Shown here: one piece after another, positions 1 through 11,604 of the stretch
Layout: each line of letters starts with the position of its first letter
How positions within the stretch are numbered: the stretch's first letter is position 1
Origin: Candidatus Freyarchaeum deiterrae
GTDB taxonomy: Archaea > Asgardarchaeota > Jordiarchaeia > Jordiarchaeales > Jordiarchaeaceae
Direction of reading: 5' to 3'
DNA: 64,000 nucleotides
Assembly (NCBI GenBank): GCA_037305845.1
Contig: CP147778.1
Span: 1,088,001-1,152,000, forward strand
The notes under the pieces: generated by a model
The model's input: only the letters and a program-made list of their open reading frames with translations
What the model was told of the DNA's origin: nothing
Database searches by the model: none
Made by a program: the position numbers and the translations under genes

Positions 1-2
1 CA

Positions 3-1229
3 CACTGCGCGGTATGCGATATAATGTGCGGAGTGGGTGGAGCAGGTACCTATTCCAGCGGGCTTTTAAATTTGAGTCCCTTCATAGGCGGAGACTTAAC
101 TGAATTCACTAAAAACGAAGAAGAGGCGTGGGAACTCGTTAATCTTGTAGATCAGATATTCATTGAAAATGGCGCACCGAATAACCTCTTTAAACCAGAA
201 AAAGATAAGGTCGAAGAGCTCGAGAGAAAGGCTTCTTCTGCGGATATTAAGTTCATACCAATAACTCAAAGGCTTATTGGCACTGATAACGCGTGCAAGG
301 TAATTGATGGAATTCATTCTCGATTGGAGAGTAGAGGAGTGAAATTCCTTCTTAAAACCAGAGTCAAAGATGTAAAAGAGGGAGAAATATTACTTGACAA
401 CGATGAGAAACTAAAATTCGAATACTGTATTCTCTCGCCTGGAAGATCGGGAATGAAATGGCTTGAAGGACAGATGCACAATATCGGTATCAAAACCCAA
501 TATCTGCCCGTGGATATAGGTGTAAGAGTAGAGGTCCCAGCAAGTATAATGGAGCCAATATGCAGCATACAACGTGATCCCAAGTTTCACATTCGCACAT
601 CAACTTTTGATGATTTTGTGAGAACCTTCTGTGTAAACCACAGAGGATTTGTGGTCATGGAAGTTTACGAGGATCACGTTGGTGTAAACGGATACTCGTT
701 TATGGAGAAAAAGTCGGATAACACAAATTTTGCTTTATTAGTAAGAGTGGGGCTCACCGAGCCCCTTGAAGACAGTACGGCTTACGGCCGATCAATAGCT
801 ACGCAGATTACGATTCTGGGTGGAGGGAAGCCGCTTCTCCAAAGGTTGGGAGACCTGAGAAGAGGAAGAAGATCTTATTGGTCAAGAATTGAGAGGGGAG
901 CGGTAAATCCGACACTTCTCTCAGTAAATCCAGGGGATGTGTCAATCGGGATTCCCTATAGACTTTTGACAGATATACTTGAAAGTTTAGAAAAACTTGA
1001 TAAAGTCATTCCAGGAGTTGCGGGTGACTCCACACTACTTTATGCTCCTGAGATTAAATATTCTGCAAAAAAGGTTCTCACAGATAAAAACTTGGAAACA
1101 GGAATATCCAACCTATTTGTCGCGGGAGACGGCGCCGGCGTTTCAAGAGGTATAGTGACCGCGGCAGCCACAGGAATTATAGCAGCACGAGGCATACTCC
1201 AAAAGATTGGTTCAGATAAATCTAGTTAA
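3..1229 (+). CDS. FAD-dependent oxidoreductase (HI0933/NAD(P)-FAD dehydrogenase family), 5'-truncated by the window edge
   Basis: Frame is open from position 3 (HCAVCDIMCGVGGAG). Motifs GVGGAGTYS, DIGVRVE, RTFC and C-terminal AGDGAGVSRG. Confidence 0.85.
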   Translation, partial: HCAVCDIMCGVGGAGTYSSGLLNLSPFIGGDLTEFTKNEEEAWELVNLVDQIFIENGAPNNLFKPEKDKVEELERKASSADIKFIPITQRLIGTDNACKVIDGIHSRLESRGVKFLLKTRVKDVKEGEILLDNDEKLKFEYCILSPGRSGMKWLEGQMHNIGIKTQYLPVDIGVRVEVPASIMEPICSIQRDPKFHIRTSTFDDFVRTFCVNHRGFVVMEVYEDHVGVNGYSFMEKKSDNTNFALLVRVGLTEPLEDSTAYGRSIATQITILGGGKPLLQRLGDLRRGRRSYWSRIERGAVNPTLLSVNPGDVSIGIPYRLLTDILESLEKLDKVIPGVAGDSTLLYAPEIKYSAKKVLTDKNLETGISNLFVAGDGAGVSRGIVTAAATGIIAARGILQKIGSDKSS

Positions 1230-1492
1230 ACTTCGTGAATTCATGAAAGTAGTGAGAAAGAGTTATATCTGCATAAAATTTTTTTTGGGCCAAAACATAA
1301 TAACAATAGAAAATCGCTGTGTCTGTAGAGTAAGTTTTCAAAACTTTTTCTTTAGAGTAAGGGCGAAATTTAATCAACTAGAATGTGAATTATAAATATT
1401 GCAATAATTCCATATACTCTTTTAAAGAAAAGATATAGAAAAGAAGAAAATCTTCCGGTAAAAATGAAGCTATTAACGGAGGCAAAGTTTTA

Positions 1493-2035
1493 ATGAGCTT
1501 TGAAAACAGAGGATGGGGCGATTTGGAAACCCTTCAGAATGTTAATGAGTGTTTTAAGCGTCTAAAACTAGGATTGGAAGATTTAATGAATAATAAATTT
1601 GAGGACGCTTTATCCGCTTTATCCGACGCCTCGACACTCATATACATAAATCTTAACCGTACTTTTTCCAGTGATATTGACTCTAAACATGCATGGGGGG
1701 TTGCCGTGCAATTTGACCTATTAGTTATTTCGCTGTCGCTAAGTTTTCTTGCACGCATGAAACAAGATGGGGAAGAAGCAAAAGAGAGTCTGGGTGGAGC
1801 AACATCGCTCGTTGCACTCATCACGGGCTTCTTGAATCCTATGATAAAAAGTGTAATTGAACAAGAACAGAGAACAGAGGGTTTTAGGTTGAATGAAAAG
1901 GATAGATCTCTATTGGGATATATGATTCAACTAAATGAAGTCGTTAGAGAATTCAGAAGACAATTTGAAGTAGTTAAAAAAGTAAGCACTAATGAGCAAA
2001 AACCAAAAAAAGTTGGAAAAAGAAAAGAATTTTGA
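1493..2035 (+). CDS. Hypothetical helical protein
   Basis: 180-aa ORF with upstream GGAGG; no recognised motif. Confidence 0.7.
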   Translation: MSFENRGWGDLETLQNVNECFKRLKLGLEDLMNNKFEDALSALSDASTLIYINLNRTFSSDIDSKHAWGVAVQFDLLVISLSLSFLARMKQDGEEAKESLGGATSLVALITGFLNPMIKSVIEQEQRTEGFRLNEKDRSLLGYMIQLNEVVREFRRQFEVVKKVSTNEQKPKKVGKRKEF

Positions 2036-2046
2036 GATTAAAGATA

Positions 2047-4080
2047 TTATTTAGTTACTGCAATTTCTTCCTGATTTTTTGAAAGCAATTTTCCCTCGTT
2101 GGTAAGGATCTCGGCATGAGCAGTGTACTTTCCTGCCGGATAGCCCTTAAATTCGAATATGCACCCGGTCTTTATTACGCTATCAGGCACAATGTTCACA
2201 GTTGTTTGCTTTTGATTTAGTTTATTCCCATTCTCGTCTTCTAACCAGTAAATAAGCGTAACATCAGAATATCCTTTGTACATATCGTTAACAATCCAGA
2301 TAACCCCTTTATCACCCGCCCTCACCACATCTTCAACCTCAATGCTTACGAGCACAGGCTGGTATCCCGTCTTGACGGCATAGTAACCCTTTTTTGGCTG
2401 GCGGTAATAGTCCACAACACTCCAAGTTATTGCGGGCCAGCAGTCGACAAACATAAACTGGAATATTCCAGTCATCGGGTTATACTTTGCCCGTCTGTAG
2501 GTCTCGATAGCATACTTAAGGAGCTTATACTGGTAGTTTTGACTGTTAATAATAAAATCTTCAAGAGAGTTTCCGAGTTTTATTTTAGCCATATTAAAGG
2601 TCTGCATGTGTTGAAAGTCATGAAAAGCCCACCTCTTCCAGTTAGGTGGCCACAAGTCCTCCGCAGCCATCATCTTTTTCATAGTTTCTATGTTTGGAAG
2701 TGCCTGAGCGCCGAATTCGTTACAGAAAGGCTGAGCTAAGAGCTTTGAGAACTTTTTGTAATCCTCCTCGTACCAACCGGGATAAGTATGAAACTCAGTC
2801 GTTGATCCAAGATCCACATAACGCGTGTTATCTTCTTCCGAAGCGGCGGTCAACAGTAGCGCATCAATACCTCTCAATTGATGTAAATCAGGCTCGTTAT
2901 GACAGCACCAAACAACGATGCAGGGATGATTGTAAAATGTCCTAACCATGTCCCTAATCTGAGTAGTAGCATTCCCAGCAAAATTGTCTGATCTTGAATA
3001 CCACCATTGTAAGGCGAAATCCTGCCAAACCATAATTCCATTCTCATCACAAGCAGAATAAAACTCCTCCCTGTTGACATGCGCGTGCACACGTACCGCG
3101 TTAACATTCGCGTCTTTGAGAAGCCTGATATCATTCGCAATCATTTCAGCGGTATATTCTGAAAGCCACTGCGTTGGAATAATATTAGTCCCTCTAACAA
3201 AAATTCTACTTCCATTAAGATACCAATTATAGCCAGAATCTATCATGACTTCTCGAATACCAAACCGCTCCCTTACCGAATCAAGTACGCATTCTCCATC
3301 TTTAATAACCACAGTTAAATAATACAAATTCTGATTCCCATGGTCCCAAGTCCACCAAAATTCTGGCCTTTTAATAGTCTGTACAAAAAATTCCCTATTT
3401 ATGCCCTTACCCAAAAAAACCCGTCTACACGCTGATAATTTATTATTAGAAGAAAAGTTTGCAGGCTCAATTTCTATTTCAATCGTTATTTCTTTAGGGT
3501 CACCAAAATTTTCTATCTCACTATCCACAATTATCCTAGCAAGTTTCTCGGATTCAATTTTTGGAGAGATTTTAACTTTAGATATTCTGATTTTGTTCGT
3601 TATTAGCAAACAAATATCGTTCCATATTCCTCCTGTATTGTAATCCTGACCGTGCTCTGGATCCCAAGAACCGGGACGGCAATCATGGTGGTTTAGAACA
3701 CCTTTAATTAACGTTTTATGACTGGGCCAAACAGGTTTTTCTTCCTTTGGTGAATTCACTCTTACAAGCAGAGAATTATCTTCCTTGATGACCTTGGTTA
3801 CGTTAAACATGAAGGGTTGAAAATAGCCCTCATGATGACCGATAAAAACATCATTAAGATAAACATCAGAAAAATAGTCGACACCCTTGAAACTAAGCCA
3901 AAACTCTTTATCAACTGGTCTTTCGTCTAACTGAAAATCTCTCTGAAAATAAACAGTTCCAGAAAAATCCAGTCCCCTGAGATACCAATTCGCTGGAAGC
4001 AGTATCTCCTTCCAATCTGAATCATTATTCGGAACAGATTCTAAACTATATCTCCATTTTCCATTTAAGCTAATCAGCAT
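2047..4080 (-). CDS. Glycoside hydrolase family 2 (beta-mannosidase-like)
   Basis: Motifs FKGVDY, ERFGIR, RGTN, NAVRVH, GIMVWQDF, NHPCIVVWCCHNE, EFGAQA and DCWPAITWSVVDY. Confidence 0.9.
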   Translation of the reverse strand: MLISLNGKWRYSLESVPNNDSDWKEILLPANWYLRGLDFSGTVYFQRDFQLDERPVDKEFWLSFKGVDYFSDVYLNDVFIGHHEGYFQPFMFNVTKVIKEDNSLLVRVNSPKEEKPVWPSHKTLIKGVLNHHDCRPGSWDPEHGQDYNTGGIWNDICLLITNKIRISKVKISPKIESEKLARIIVDSEIENFGDPKEITIEIEIEPANFSSNNKLSACRRVFLGKGINREFFVQTIKRPEFWWTWDHGNQNLYYLTVVIKDGECVLDSVRERFGIREVMIDSGYNWYLNGSRIFVRGTNIIPTQWLSEYTAEMIANDIRLLKDANVNAVRVHAHVNREEFYSACDENGIMVWQDFALQWWYSRSDNFAGNATTQIRDMVRTFYNHPCIVVWCCHNEPDLHQLRGIDALLLTAASEEDNTRYVDLGSTTEFHTYPGWYEEDYKKFSKLLAQPFCNEFGAQALPNIETMKKMMAAEDLWPPNWKRWAFHDFQHMQTFNMAKIKLGNSLEDFIINSQNYQYKLLKYAIETYRRAKYNPMTGIFQFMFVDCWPAITWSVVDYYRQPKKGYYAVKTGYQPVLVSIEVEDVVRAGDKGVIWIVNDMYKGYSDVTLIYWLEDENGNKLNQKQTTVNIVPDSVIKTGCIFEFKGYPAGKYTAHAEILTNEGKLLSKNQEEIAVTK

Positions 4081-4300
4081 CTGTATTCTCCCTTGTCCGG
4101 TTTTTATCCAGCAATACTCATCGACTAAAAGGCTTCAGGAATAATTTGTATATAAATTGCTGTAGTTCAAGTTTCTTTAAAAAAGATTTGCGGTCTTTTC
4201 CCGTTTCCATTCATAAATAAATTGTCTTTAAATAGCAAATAGCAGATAATAGGAATGCCAACTCAACGAATTTTCACTAAAAAATAGGACAGTTAACAAA

Positions 4301-4828
4301 GTGAAAAGATCAAGTTTCTGGTTGATTCCACCAAAAGATTTGAGACAAAAATGCTTAGAGTTTATAATTCTGGAAGGATACTTTAACCCAAAAACATTCT
4401 CAGAATTAGAATACGCTCTACACAACCAGGAGTATCCTCACAATGCCCTCATTCGGGAGTTGTGTAGAAATATTAGATGCCCTGAAATCTGCGAAAAATG
4501 TCAAGCCAAATGTACATGGAAAAAATTCTGCGAAAAAATAAAAAATCTACACATTGAGAGAAGCCCGCCATGTGTAAGAAAAGCTTTCAAGCTTGGAAGA
4601 TTTGGAATAGTTATAACTTACTTTAGTTTACTGGGTCTCCTTTCAAACACAATAGGCGAGTACCCAATGATAAAATGTCTCGATATGAAAAAACAGAACC
4701 TGTGCCAAACAGATAATCTCTGCAAAAATATCGAATCAGGAAATTTAACCGAGTATTATAATATACGTCTAACAAAAAAGATTACAGAGGAGATAAAAGG
4801 ACATAGATCCCAAATTTTGAGGAAATAA
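4301..4828 (+). CDS. Cys-rich hypothetical protein resembling the primase large-subunit C-terminal Fe-S domain
   Basis: SPPCV...YPMIKCLDMKKQNLC...LC spacing recalls the PriL C-terminal domain; additional CxxC cluster. Confidence 0.5.
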   Translation: MKRSSFWLIPPKDLRQKCLEFIILEGYFNPKTFSELEYALHNQEYPHNALIRELCRNIRCPEICEKCQAKCTWKKFCEKIKNLHIERSPPCVRKAFKLGRFGIVITYFSLLGLLSNTIGEYPMIKCLDMKKQNLCQTDNLCKNIESGNLTEYYNIRLTKKITEEIKGHRSQILRK

Positions 4829-4856
4829 AAAGATAAATGTTTATAAAATATTTATG

Positions 4857-5948
4857 TCACTCTTTTTTCCAGAGCTTTAGAGCAATTTCAGACGCACGAT
4901 GTTTCTGCCACAACTCGAGATACCTCAGTATGTTCTCATCATTTTTGTAAACATCAAACACTATATCATACTTCGCTTTCAAAACCGGGAGAAAAGAACT
5001 CTGCAAAGCTTCTTCATAATCACTAAGCCCTTCTAAGTCGTCCTCACCGAGAACTTTGATAATCGTCTTCGCTGCTAGTTCACCAGATTCAAGAGCGTAA
5101 GGAATTCCTTTGCCAGATATAGCATCAACAAAACCAGCAGCATCGCCCACAGCCACCACACCGTTCTCATGAAGCATCTCACGACTTTTCAAAGGAACTA
5201 AGTGAGCCGCGGTTCTAATGGTCTCACCACTCGATAACACTTTGCTCACGGGCTCGTAGTCGAGAAATTTTTGGAAAGACTTCCTCGTATTAGCAATCTC
5301 CGAGAGGAGACAACCCCACCCCAAACTTATTACATTTTTTTTGGGAAAAGCCCAACCATACCCATACTTGCTTATATCTTTTCCAAAATAAAAATTGATG
5401 GTTTTTTCGCCGATAATCTCAGCTATTCTCTCCTCGTTGGAAAGAATTTCTTTTTGCACAGTCAAGTAAACTTCACTCGGTTTAAACGGGCTCCAACCTA
5501 TGGATCTTAGTGTAGAGGAAGTAACCCCGTCAGCCGCCACAACAAGTTTAGCTTCAACCTTACCCTTTCTAAGTTTAAGCTGATAAACACCATTTTTCTG
5601 AATAACATTCTTTAGAGTCTGAGACTCCGAAAGTTTGGCACCAGCCTCAGCTGCGAGATTTTGAAAATAGGCATCAAATTTTAAACGCCACACCACTGCT
5701 CCCGGACCGATCCTACGATAAACCTTCCCAGAAGTGTGATAAAGCACTATTGTCTCCACTTCGCGTTCTATTAACTCAATTGGAAGTTTGTATTTGGGCA
5801 CAAGAGTTAATTCTATAGCGCCACCACACGGCTTGTATCGAGGTATTTCCTCCTTATCAATCAAAAGCACTTTATATCCAGCCTCTGCAACAAGTCTAGC
5901 AGACATAGAGCCCGAAGGCCCGGCACCTACAACTGCGACGTCATACAA
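4857..5948 (-). CDS. Geranylgeranyl reductase family flavoprotein
   Basis: Motifs VVGAGPSGS, PRYKPCGG, AADG, YGWAFPK and GDAAGFVDAISGKGI. Confidence 0.9.
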   Translation of the reverse strand: MYDVAVVGAGPSGSMSARLVAEAGYKVLLIDKEEIPRYKPCGGAIELTLVPKYKLPIELIEREVETIVLYHTSGKVYRRIGPGAVVWRLKFDAYFQNLAAEAGAKLSESQTLKNVIQKNGVYQLKLRKGKVEAKLVVAADGVTSSTLRSIGWSPFKPSEVYLTVQKEILSNEERIAEIIGEKTINFYFGKDISKYGYGWAFPKKNVISLGWGCLLSEIANTRKSFQKFLDYEPVSKVLSSGETIRTAAHLVPLKSREMLHENGVVAVGDAAGFVDAISGKGIPYALESGELAAKTIIKVLGEDDLEGLSDYEEALQSSFLPVLKAKYDIVFDVYKNDENILRYLELWQKHRASEIALKLWKKE

Positions 5949-6158
5949 ATAGCTGAACCCTCATAGAAACTCTCTGAACTGGAAAATTATTGAACACTAT
6001 CTGGTTAATATACTTTTGGGAGAGTATATATATTATTATTCTGCAAAAACGGGAAACCCATCCAATATCATTCCCCTTTTCGTTTTCCAAGTCAATGAAA
6101 GCTTTTTATAGATGAAAGAAGTAATTTAAGAGTGGATTCTGAATAGGAGGAAAGCAAA

Positions 6159-6401
6159 ATGCCCAGAAAGAAAGATGAAACAGTAATTCCTGTCGCACCC
6201 ATCGACAGACTGATGAGACTCGCAGGAGCAGACCGAGTCTCAGAAAGCGGAGCCGCAGCACTGGCGAAAATACTAGAGGAACTCGGACTCGAAATAGCAC
6301 GATTAGCAGACGAAATGGCAAAACACACAGGCAGAAAAACAATAAAAGAAGAAGACATAAACTTAGCATACAAAACCTGGAAAAAAGCAAAATACCCGTA
6401 A
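6159..6401 (+). CDS. Archaeal histone
   Basis: Histone-fold signature PVAPIDRLMRLAGADRVS...AKHTGRKTIKEEDI; GGAGG RBS. Confidence 0.95.
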   Translation: MPRKKDETVIPVAPIDRLMRLAGADRVSESGAAALAKILEELGLEIARLADEMAKHTGRKTIKEEDINLAYKTWKKAKYP

Positions 6402-6565
6402 CATAACAAACCATCATTAAACCCCAAAAAAAAGAATGTCGACCAACAACATCCTTGCCAAATATGGAAATTCAACAAGCTCTTAAAAAACTTTTACCAA
6501 GAAACTTTGAAGTCTAATCTACCAAGCCTTTTGAAATTTAAATTTCAAAAATAAAGAAATTGGTT

Positions 6566-8794
6566 TTATCTTTGAACACGAAGCTCATATCTCAGAACAT
6601 CGCCCATCTTCTCAATCTCGGAAATGTGGTAAATGCTGCCTCCGCTCTTTTCAGCTATGCTGGTAGCGATTTTCTTCCTCCAGTTCTTCATCAGAGCATG
6701 GCTCTCAGGGCGAATAACAACCGTACGAATATTCTCTTTCTTCAGCATCTTAGCAATCTCCTCAACCTCAAAAAGCAATTGATTATAAGACTCCATCTCA
6801 GAACGCATCTGCTGAACATATGAATAACGCTTACCCGCAGAAGCGCCAGCATTTAACGGAACATTCGCACCTCCGTCACTGAGGCATACGAGGAAGGGTA
6901 TTACTTTGTTGTCTTTCATTTTTTCTCGTTTTAGTACTTCGAGTCCTTTAGCTAGTCCTGCGGCTAAGGGTGTCCAGCTTCCAGATTTTATGGTTAAGAG
7001 TTTTGCTGTTACGCTTTGTAGGTTTACTGTTGGGTACTGCATTATCGCTGCATCGTATCCCTTGAATACTACTAAGCCTACTCTGTCTCTTTGGCGGTAG
7101 GCTTCGTCGTGTAATGAGAGAATGACTTGTTTAACTTTTTTGAGATTTTTGAACATTGAGCCACTGGCGTCAAGCACAAAAACTATGGATAGAGGCGCTC
7201 TGTATTCAAAGATTTTTTCGCGTATGTCCTGTGATTTGATGTTAACCGCGAGGTCTTTTTTGGTTCTGCTTTTCTGGTAGGGTGAAGAGGCTCTTATTGA
7301 CGCATCTAGAGCTATGTGTTTGGTTTTTTCTTTTGGGATTTTGTAGAAGACATATCTACCTTTGTCGGAGCTTCCTTTTGCTTTTAGTCTTCTTCCCATG
7401 AAGCTGGGTTCGTCCTTTCTGAAGAAGCTTTTATACTGGCGTTTAAAAAATTCTCCGAGTAGGTTGCTTTTTTTTAGTTCTTCTATTTCTTCCCCGGTTA
7501 GTTTATCGAAGCGTGGGTCTCTAATGTTTATAATTCCGTCTCGGTCTTGACTATCTTGTTGCTGCTGCTGTGTGTAGCGGTTCCAGAGACCTTGGTTAGG
7601 AAAGTCTTGGTTTGCGGATTCGGATTGCATTGTTTCATCGAATGGCTTGTTTCGCATGGTTTTTCCTGACGCTTCATCACCATTGGTCTCTTCTTGTGGA
7701 CCGTTCATTTCGGCGTCATTTCGAAAAAAACCCATCGATTCCTGTTGTTTAACTTCGTTTAGCGCCTTTTCAAAGCCTTCTGCTATTCTCTTGTTTACCG
7801 CTTCTGCCTCTTCGAATTCAAATTTTCTGATTCTGTGGCCCAAGGCTAGCTCGGCAGCCTTTAATATGTCTTGTTCGTTTACTTGTTTCCTTCCATCTAG
7901 AGCTGCTAATGCTTTAGAGCAGCGCATTACTGTGATGTCTCCTCTGTGGGTGCCCACCCCCAGCTCTAGGCACATTTTCACAGTAGTCATTAGTAGGTAC
8001 TCGGGGATTTTGACTTCGGGGAGGATTTCTTGGGCTTTTGTTATGCTTTTTTGAAGTTTTTCTTCTTCATCTTGCCATTTTACGATGAATTCGCTCTGGC
8101 CTTTGTCGAATTCCTCAATGCGGTTTAGTATTTCTAATCTCTGTTTAATATCTTTAATAGCCATGATTTCTACCTGTAGGCCTATTCGGTCTAGGATTTG
8201 GGGTCTCAGTTCACCTTCCTCGGGGTTCATGCTACCAACCAGTACGAAGTTTGATGGGTGAGAAACAGATACGCCTTCTCGCTCCACAGTGTTTACACCG
8301 AAAGCTGCGGCGTCCAGCAAGTCATCTACTATATGGTCGCTCAGGAGGTTGATTTCGTCCACATAGAGTATTTGTCGATTAGCGTCTGCTAGTATTCCTG
8401 GCTCTAGGGCTTTTACACCCTCTTTTATTGCTCTCTCAATATCCAGTGATCCTACAACTCGGTCTTCCGTGACACCAAGGGGTATTTCAACAACTCTCAT
8501 TCTTCTGACTTCATGTTCTAGGTTATTGTCTTCTACCTTGGCTTTGCACATTTCGCACATTGATGAGGGATCAGAAGGGTCACAGTTGAAAGGACAGCTC
8601 TTCATAAACTCCATTTCGGGTAATAGCGCCGCCAGTGCTCTTACAGCAGTAGATTTCCCGGTTCCTTTCTCCCCGCGAATCAGCACTCCGCCTATTTTTG
8701 GGTCTATAACATTCAGAACTAGAGCAAGCTTCATGTTGATTTGGCCCACTATAGCCGTGAAGGGAAAAACCAACTTTTTATATCGAACAGGCAT
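6566..8794 (-). CDS. Chelatase subunit ChlI/ChlD-like (AAA+ domain plus VWA domain)
   Basis: GEKGTGKS Walker [33 protein letters not shown] and VWA MIDAS DASGSM. Confidence 0.9.
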   Translation of the reverse strand: MPVRYKKLVFPFTAIVGQINMKLALVLNVIDPKIGGVLIRGEKGTGKSTAVRALAALLPEMEFMKSCPFNCDPSDPSSMCEMCKAKVEDNNLEHEVRRMRVVEIPLGVTEDRVVGSLDIERAIKEGVKALEPGILADANRQILYVDEINLLSDHIVDDLLDAAAFGVNTVEREGVSVSHPSNFVLVGSMNPEEGELRPQILDRIGLQVEIMAIKDIKQRLEILNRIEEFDKGQSEFIVKWQDEEEKLQKSITKAQEILPEVKIPEYLLMTTVKMCLELGVGTHRGDITVMRCSKALAALDGRKQVNEQDILKAAELALGHRIRKFEFEEAEAVNKRIAEGFEKALNEVKQQESMGFFRNDAEMNGPQEETNGDEASGKTMRNKPFDETMQSESANQDFPNQGLWNRYTQQQQQDSQDRDGIINIRDPRFDKLTGEEIEELKKSNLLGEFFKRQYKSFFRKDEPSFMGRRLKAKGSSDKGRYVFYKIPKEKTKHIALDASIRASSPYQKSRTKKDLAVNIKSQDIREKIFEYRAPLSIVFVLDASGSMFKNLKKVKQVILSLHDEAYRQRDRVGLVVFKGYDAAIMQYPTVNLQSVTAKLLTIKSGSWTPLAAGLAKGLEVLKREKMKDNKVIPFLVCLSDGGANVPLNAGASAGKRYSYVQQMRSEMESYNQLLFEVEEIAKMLKKENIRTVVIRPESHALMKNWRKKIATSIAEKSGGSIYHISEIEKMGDVLRYELRVQR

Positions 8795-9173
8795 TTTCCT
8801 TGTCGCTCCGCAGAGTTATGGACAGAAAAAAAATTTTTTTTATTTTTTAATCCGCCCCGTTACCTTTATGAGCTAATGGGGACAATTACTAAAAACCATA
8901 GTTCCTTTTTAACCTTTATCATAAATATAGCATTATTGTATTTTGTTTACGTTTTCATTTCATAAAAAGTTCATTCTCAGTGGTTTTTTCAAATTTAGCA
9001 TTGATCTACTAAGTTTTTATTTTATCAGAAACCAAAGGCAGAGTGGGAAGTTTAGATCGTTGGTTTAACACTCGTTTTTTGAAGTGTAACAATAATCTAT
9101 AAGTTGTTTATACCCCAATCGAAAACGTAAAATATAAGAAGATACAAAATAGTTTACCAAGAATTAACCCTTT

Positions 9174-10223
9174 TTGGGACATAGGGGACTAAAGAGTATG
9201 GGCATTGGCGGTTTTGTATTGCAATTGGGTAGTATTGATATTGGAACTCTAATGATCTTAATGTTGGTCGCGGTTTTTATACTGCTGATAGTAATCGTGC
9301 GGAATGTCAGAATACTCAAGGAATATGAAAGAGCCGTTATCTTCCGCCTAGGAAAAGTAGCTGGAAATAAGGGTCCGGGAATCGTGTTCCTCTTACCCGG
9401 CTTAGACCGATCAATAAAAGTTGACCTAAGAGAAACTTTCTTCGAGATTCGAAGACAACTCTGTATAACGGGGGATAACAGTCCTCTGGATATTGATGTT
9501 TTGTTTTATTATAGAGTTATTAATCCTGAGGACAGTGTGGTTAAGATTAGGGATTTTCGTGGTGCGGCTCTTGGTATTGCTCAAACTACTTTGAGGTCGG
9601 TTATTGGTGATATTATGCTTGATGACGTGCTTGCTAAGAGGGAGTATATTAACACAGTTCTCAGAGACAAGCTGGATGAAATGACTGAGAGGTGGGGCGT
9701 TAAAGTTACTAGCGTTGAAATTCGTGAAATTCTTCCTCCTTCCCGAGTACAGAATGCAATGGTTAGGCAGATGGAGGCGGAGCGTATCAGGCGTGCCATG
9801 GTTATTGAGGCGGATGGTAAGAAGGAGGCGACGATTAAGATAGCGGAGGGTGATGCCCGTTCTGCGATTCTTAAAGCAGAGGGTGATAGAGAGGCGACTA
9901 TTCTAGAGGCGGAGGGTATAAAGCAGGGGAGTATGCTAGAGGCGGAGGGTGATGCGACTGCTCTTGGCAATGTCTTCGATGTTGTAAAGGATATTGATAG
10001 TAAAACCATGGCTTTGCAGTATCTGAAAGCTTTGGGTGCTCTTGGTAATAATGAGCAGACACGTATCATATTCCCACTGGATTTCACAAGTCTTGGCGAA
10101 ACAGTTTCAGAGCATATTGAGAGAGCCTCCTTAGAGGTAGATCCCATTCCAAAGAAAAAAGGCAAAAAGAAAGAATCTGATAAAGGAGATTCAGAAGATT
10201 TGCAAATAGAAGGCGAGTTATAG
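9174..10223 (+). CDS. SPFH/stomatin (band 7) family protein
   Basis: N-terminal TM helix, EYERAVIFRLGK, AQTTLRSVIG, WGVKVTSVEI and QMEAER; the true start may be the ATG near 9198. Confidence 0.92.
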   Translation: MGHRGLKSMGIGGFVLQLGSIDIGTLMILMLVAVFILLIVIVRNVRILKEYERAVIFRLGKVAGNKGPGIVFLLPGLDRSIKVDLRETFFEIRRQLCITGDNSPLDIDVLFYYRVINPEDSVVKIRDFRGAALGIAQTTLRSVIGDIMLDDVLAKREYINTVLRDKLDEMTERWGVKVTSVEIREILPPSRVQNAMVRQMEAERIRRAMVIEADGKKEATIKIAEGDARSAILKAEGDREATILEAEGIKQGSMLEAEGDATALGNVFDVVKDIDSKTMALQYLKALGALGNNEQTRIIFPLDFTSLGETVSEHIERASLEVDPIPKKKGKKKESDKGDSEDLQIEGEL

Positions 10224-10224
10224 A

Positions 10225-10560
10225 CTAAACGCCTTTTATTTTTTTCTTCAAGGTATCAAGATCTTCCACTTTTAAAACGATGGGTAGTTCCACATATTCC
10301 GGTAAGCCGTGTGTGATTTCTTCCATGAGATAGATTAGCGCTTCTTTTGAGGTTAGGGTTCGTTTTTCTAAGCTTGCATCCTGTAAGGTAAACGATACTT
10401 CTACCCAATTTTCTTTACTCACAGAATCGGTTGGAAACAGACAATAAACATAATCATTTGTGCTGATAATTATTGAGGGAGTGTTGGACCAGGCTTCATC
10501 GATGTGTTTGACCATTTTACTGATATTTTCAGCTTTCGACATCAATCCACCAACTTTCAA
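10225..10560 (-). CDS. Hypothetical protein
   Basis: 111-aa ORF with normal composition. Confidence 0.65.
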   Translation of the reverse strand: MKVGGLMSKAENISKMVKHIDEAWSNTPSIIISTNDYVYCLFPTDSVSKENWVEVSFTLQDASLEKRTLTSKEALIYLMEEITHGLPEYVELPIVLKVEDLDTLKKKIKGV

Positions 10561-10812
10561 TTTGAGAAGGGTTAATCATTTGGAATTACTTAGTTAATAT
10601 AGAATAAAGTAAGCGCATAAATAAAAAGTTGTCTTTTATTCGCTGTTATAATCCTTACCTCTTTTACAATTTTCCTTAAAAATTATGTTTATATGTTGCA
10701 AGTTCCTAGATTAATTCGTGTAACTTTTTGTTCATTTGCAATGATTTGAAAAGTATATTTGAAAGTAAGTTCCTATGAAAAATTGTGGTAAAGCTAAGAG
10801 AGGAAGAACGAT

Positions 10813-11604
10813 ATGAGTGTTAAACTCTGTCCAAGCTGCGGAAAACCTAGTAAGACAGGTATGAAATATTGCATGTACTGCGGTACAAGTCTGGAGAAAA
10901 AGGATGATTGGTTTAATGAAGGAAAAAAGGCTGATTGGTACCCTGAAGAAAAAAAGGAAATTCCTAAAATTGAACCACCACCCGCACCCGTCAAAGAGCC
11001 AGTAGAGGTAGATGAAATTCCAGAGGATATTAAAACTCAGCTAGAGTTGAGGTCGAAGTTAGAAGAAATCATAGGTGAAACTTCAAATCTTACAGGGGAT
11101 ATAGATAAGCTGATGGAGGGATTATCAGGCGAAATTTCAATTGAGGATTACAAAAACAAAATAAAAGCACTAAAAAACAGAGTTATAGAATTAAAGAAAG
11201 AAAGGGAAGAAGTTGAGAAGCTAATAAAGCCTTTACCATTAGAACAACTACTGCGACAAAGAGAGGGATTAAAGGATCGTCTAGAGAAACTAAAGGAAGT
11301 CTATAAATCTAAGGAGATAACTAATGAAACATTCGAAAAGCTTCGCAAAGAATACGAATCAGAATTCGATGAAATAAAGAAAAAACACAGAATAGAAAAG
11401 GATAGAGTTGAGAATTGGATTGCAGACCTTGAAAGAGATAGAAAGAAAAACCAAGAAGAGCTAGAACTGCTATACGCAAGGTACAAAACCGGAGAAGTAA
11501 ATGAGAATGAGTACCAGAAAAACAAAGAGGAACTGAAAAAAGAACTTAAAAAAACCCAGGTAAGCTTGGAAAACTTTAGAGTGGAGATGCGCCAATGGGG
11601 CTAA
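10813..11604 (+). CDS. Zinc-ribbon protein with CdvA-like coiled-coil region
   Basis: CPSCG...CMYCG, a Pro-rich linker, and helical repeats YKSKEITNETFEKLR and YKTGEVNENEYQK. Confidence 0.7.
   Translation: MSVKLCPSCGKPSKTGMKYCMYCGTSLEKKDDWFNEGKKADWYPEEKKEIPKIEPPPAPVKEPVEVDEIPEDIKTQLELRSKLEEIIGETSNLTGDIDKLMEGLSGEISIEDYKNKIKALKNRVIELKKEREEVEKLIKPLPLEQLLRQREGLKDRLEKLKEVYKSKEITNETFEKLRKEYESEFDEIKKKHRIEKDRVENWIADLERDRKKNQEELELLYARYKTGEVNENEYQKNKEELKKELKKTQVSLENFRVEMRQWG

Noticed and set aside
6566-8794. Chlorophyll biosynthesis implied by a ChlD-like gene
   Set aside because: Such AAA+/VWA proteins are widespread in archaea and no other photosynthesis genes are present.
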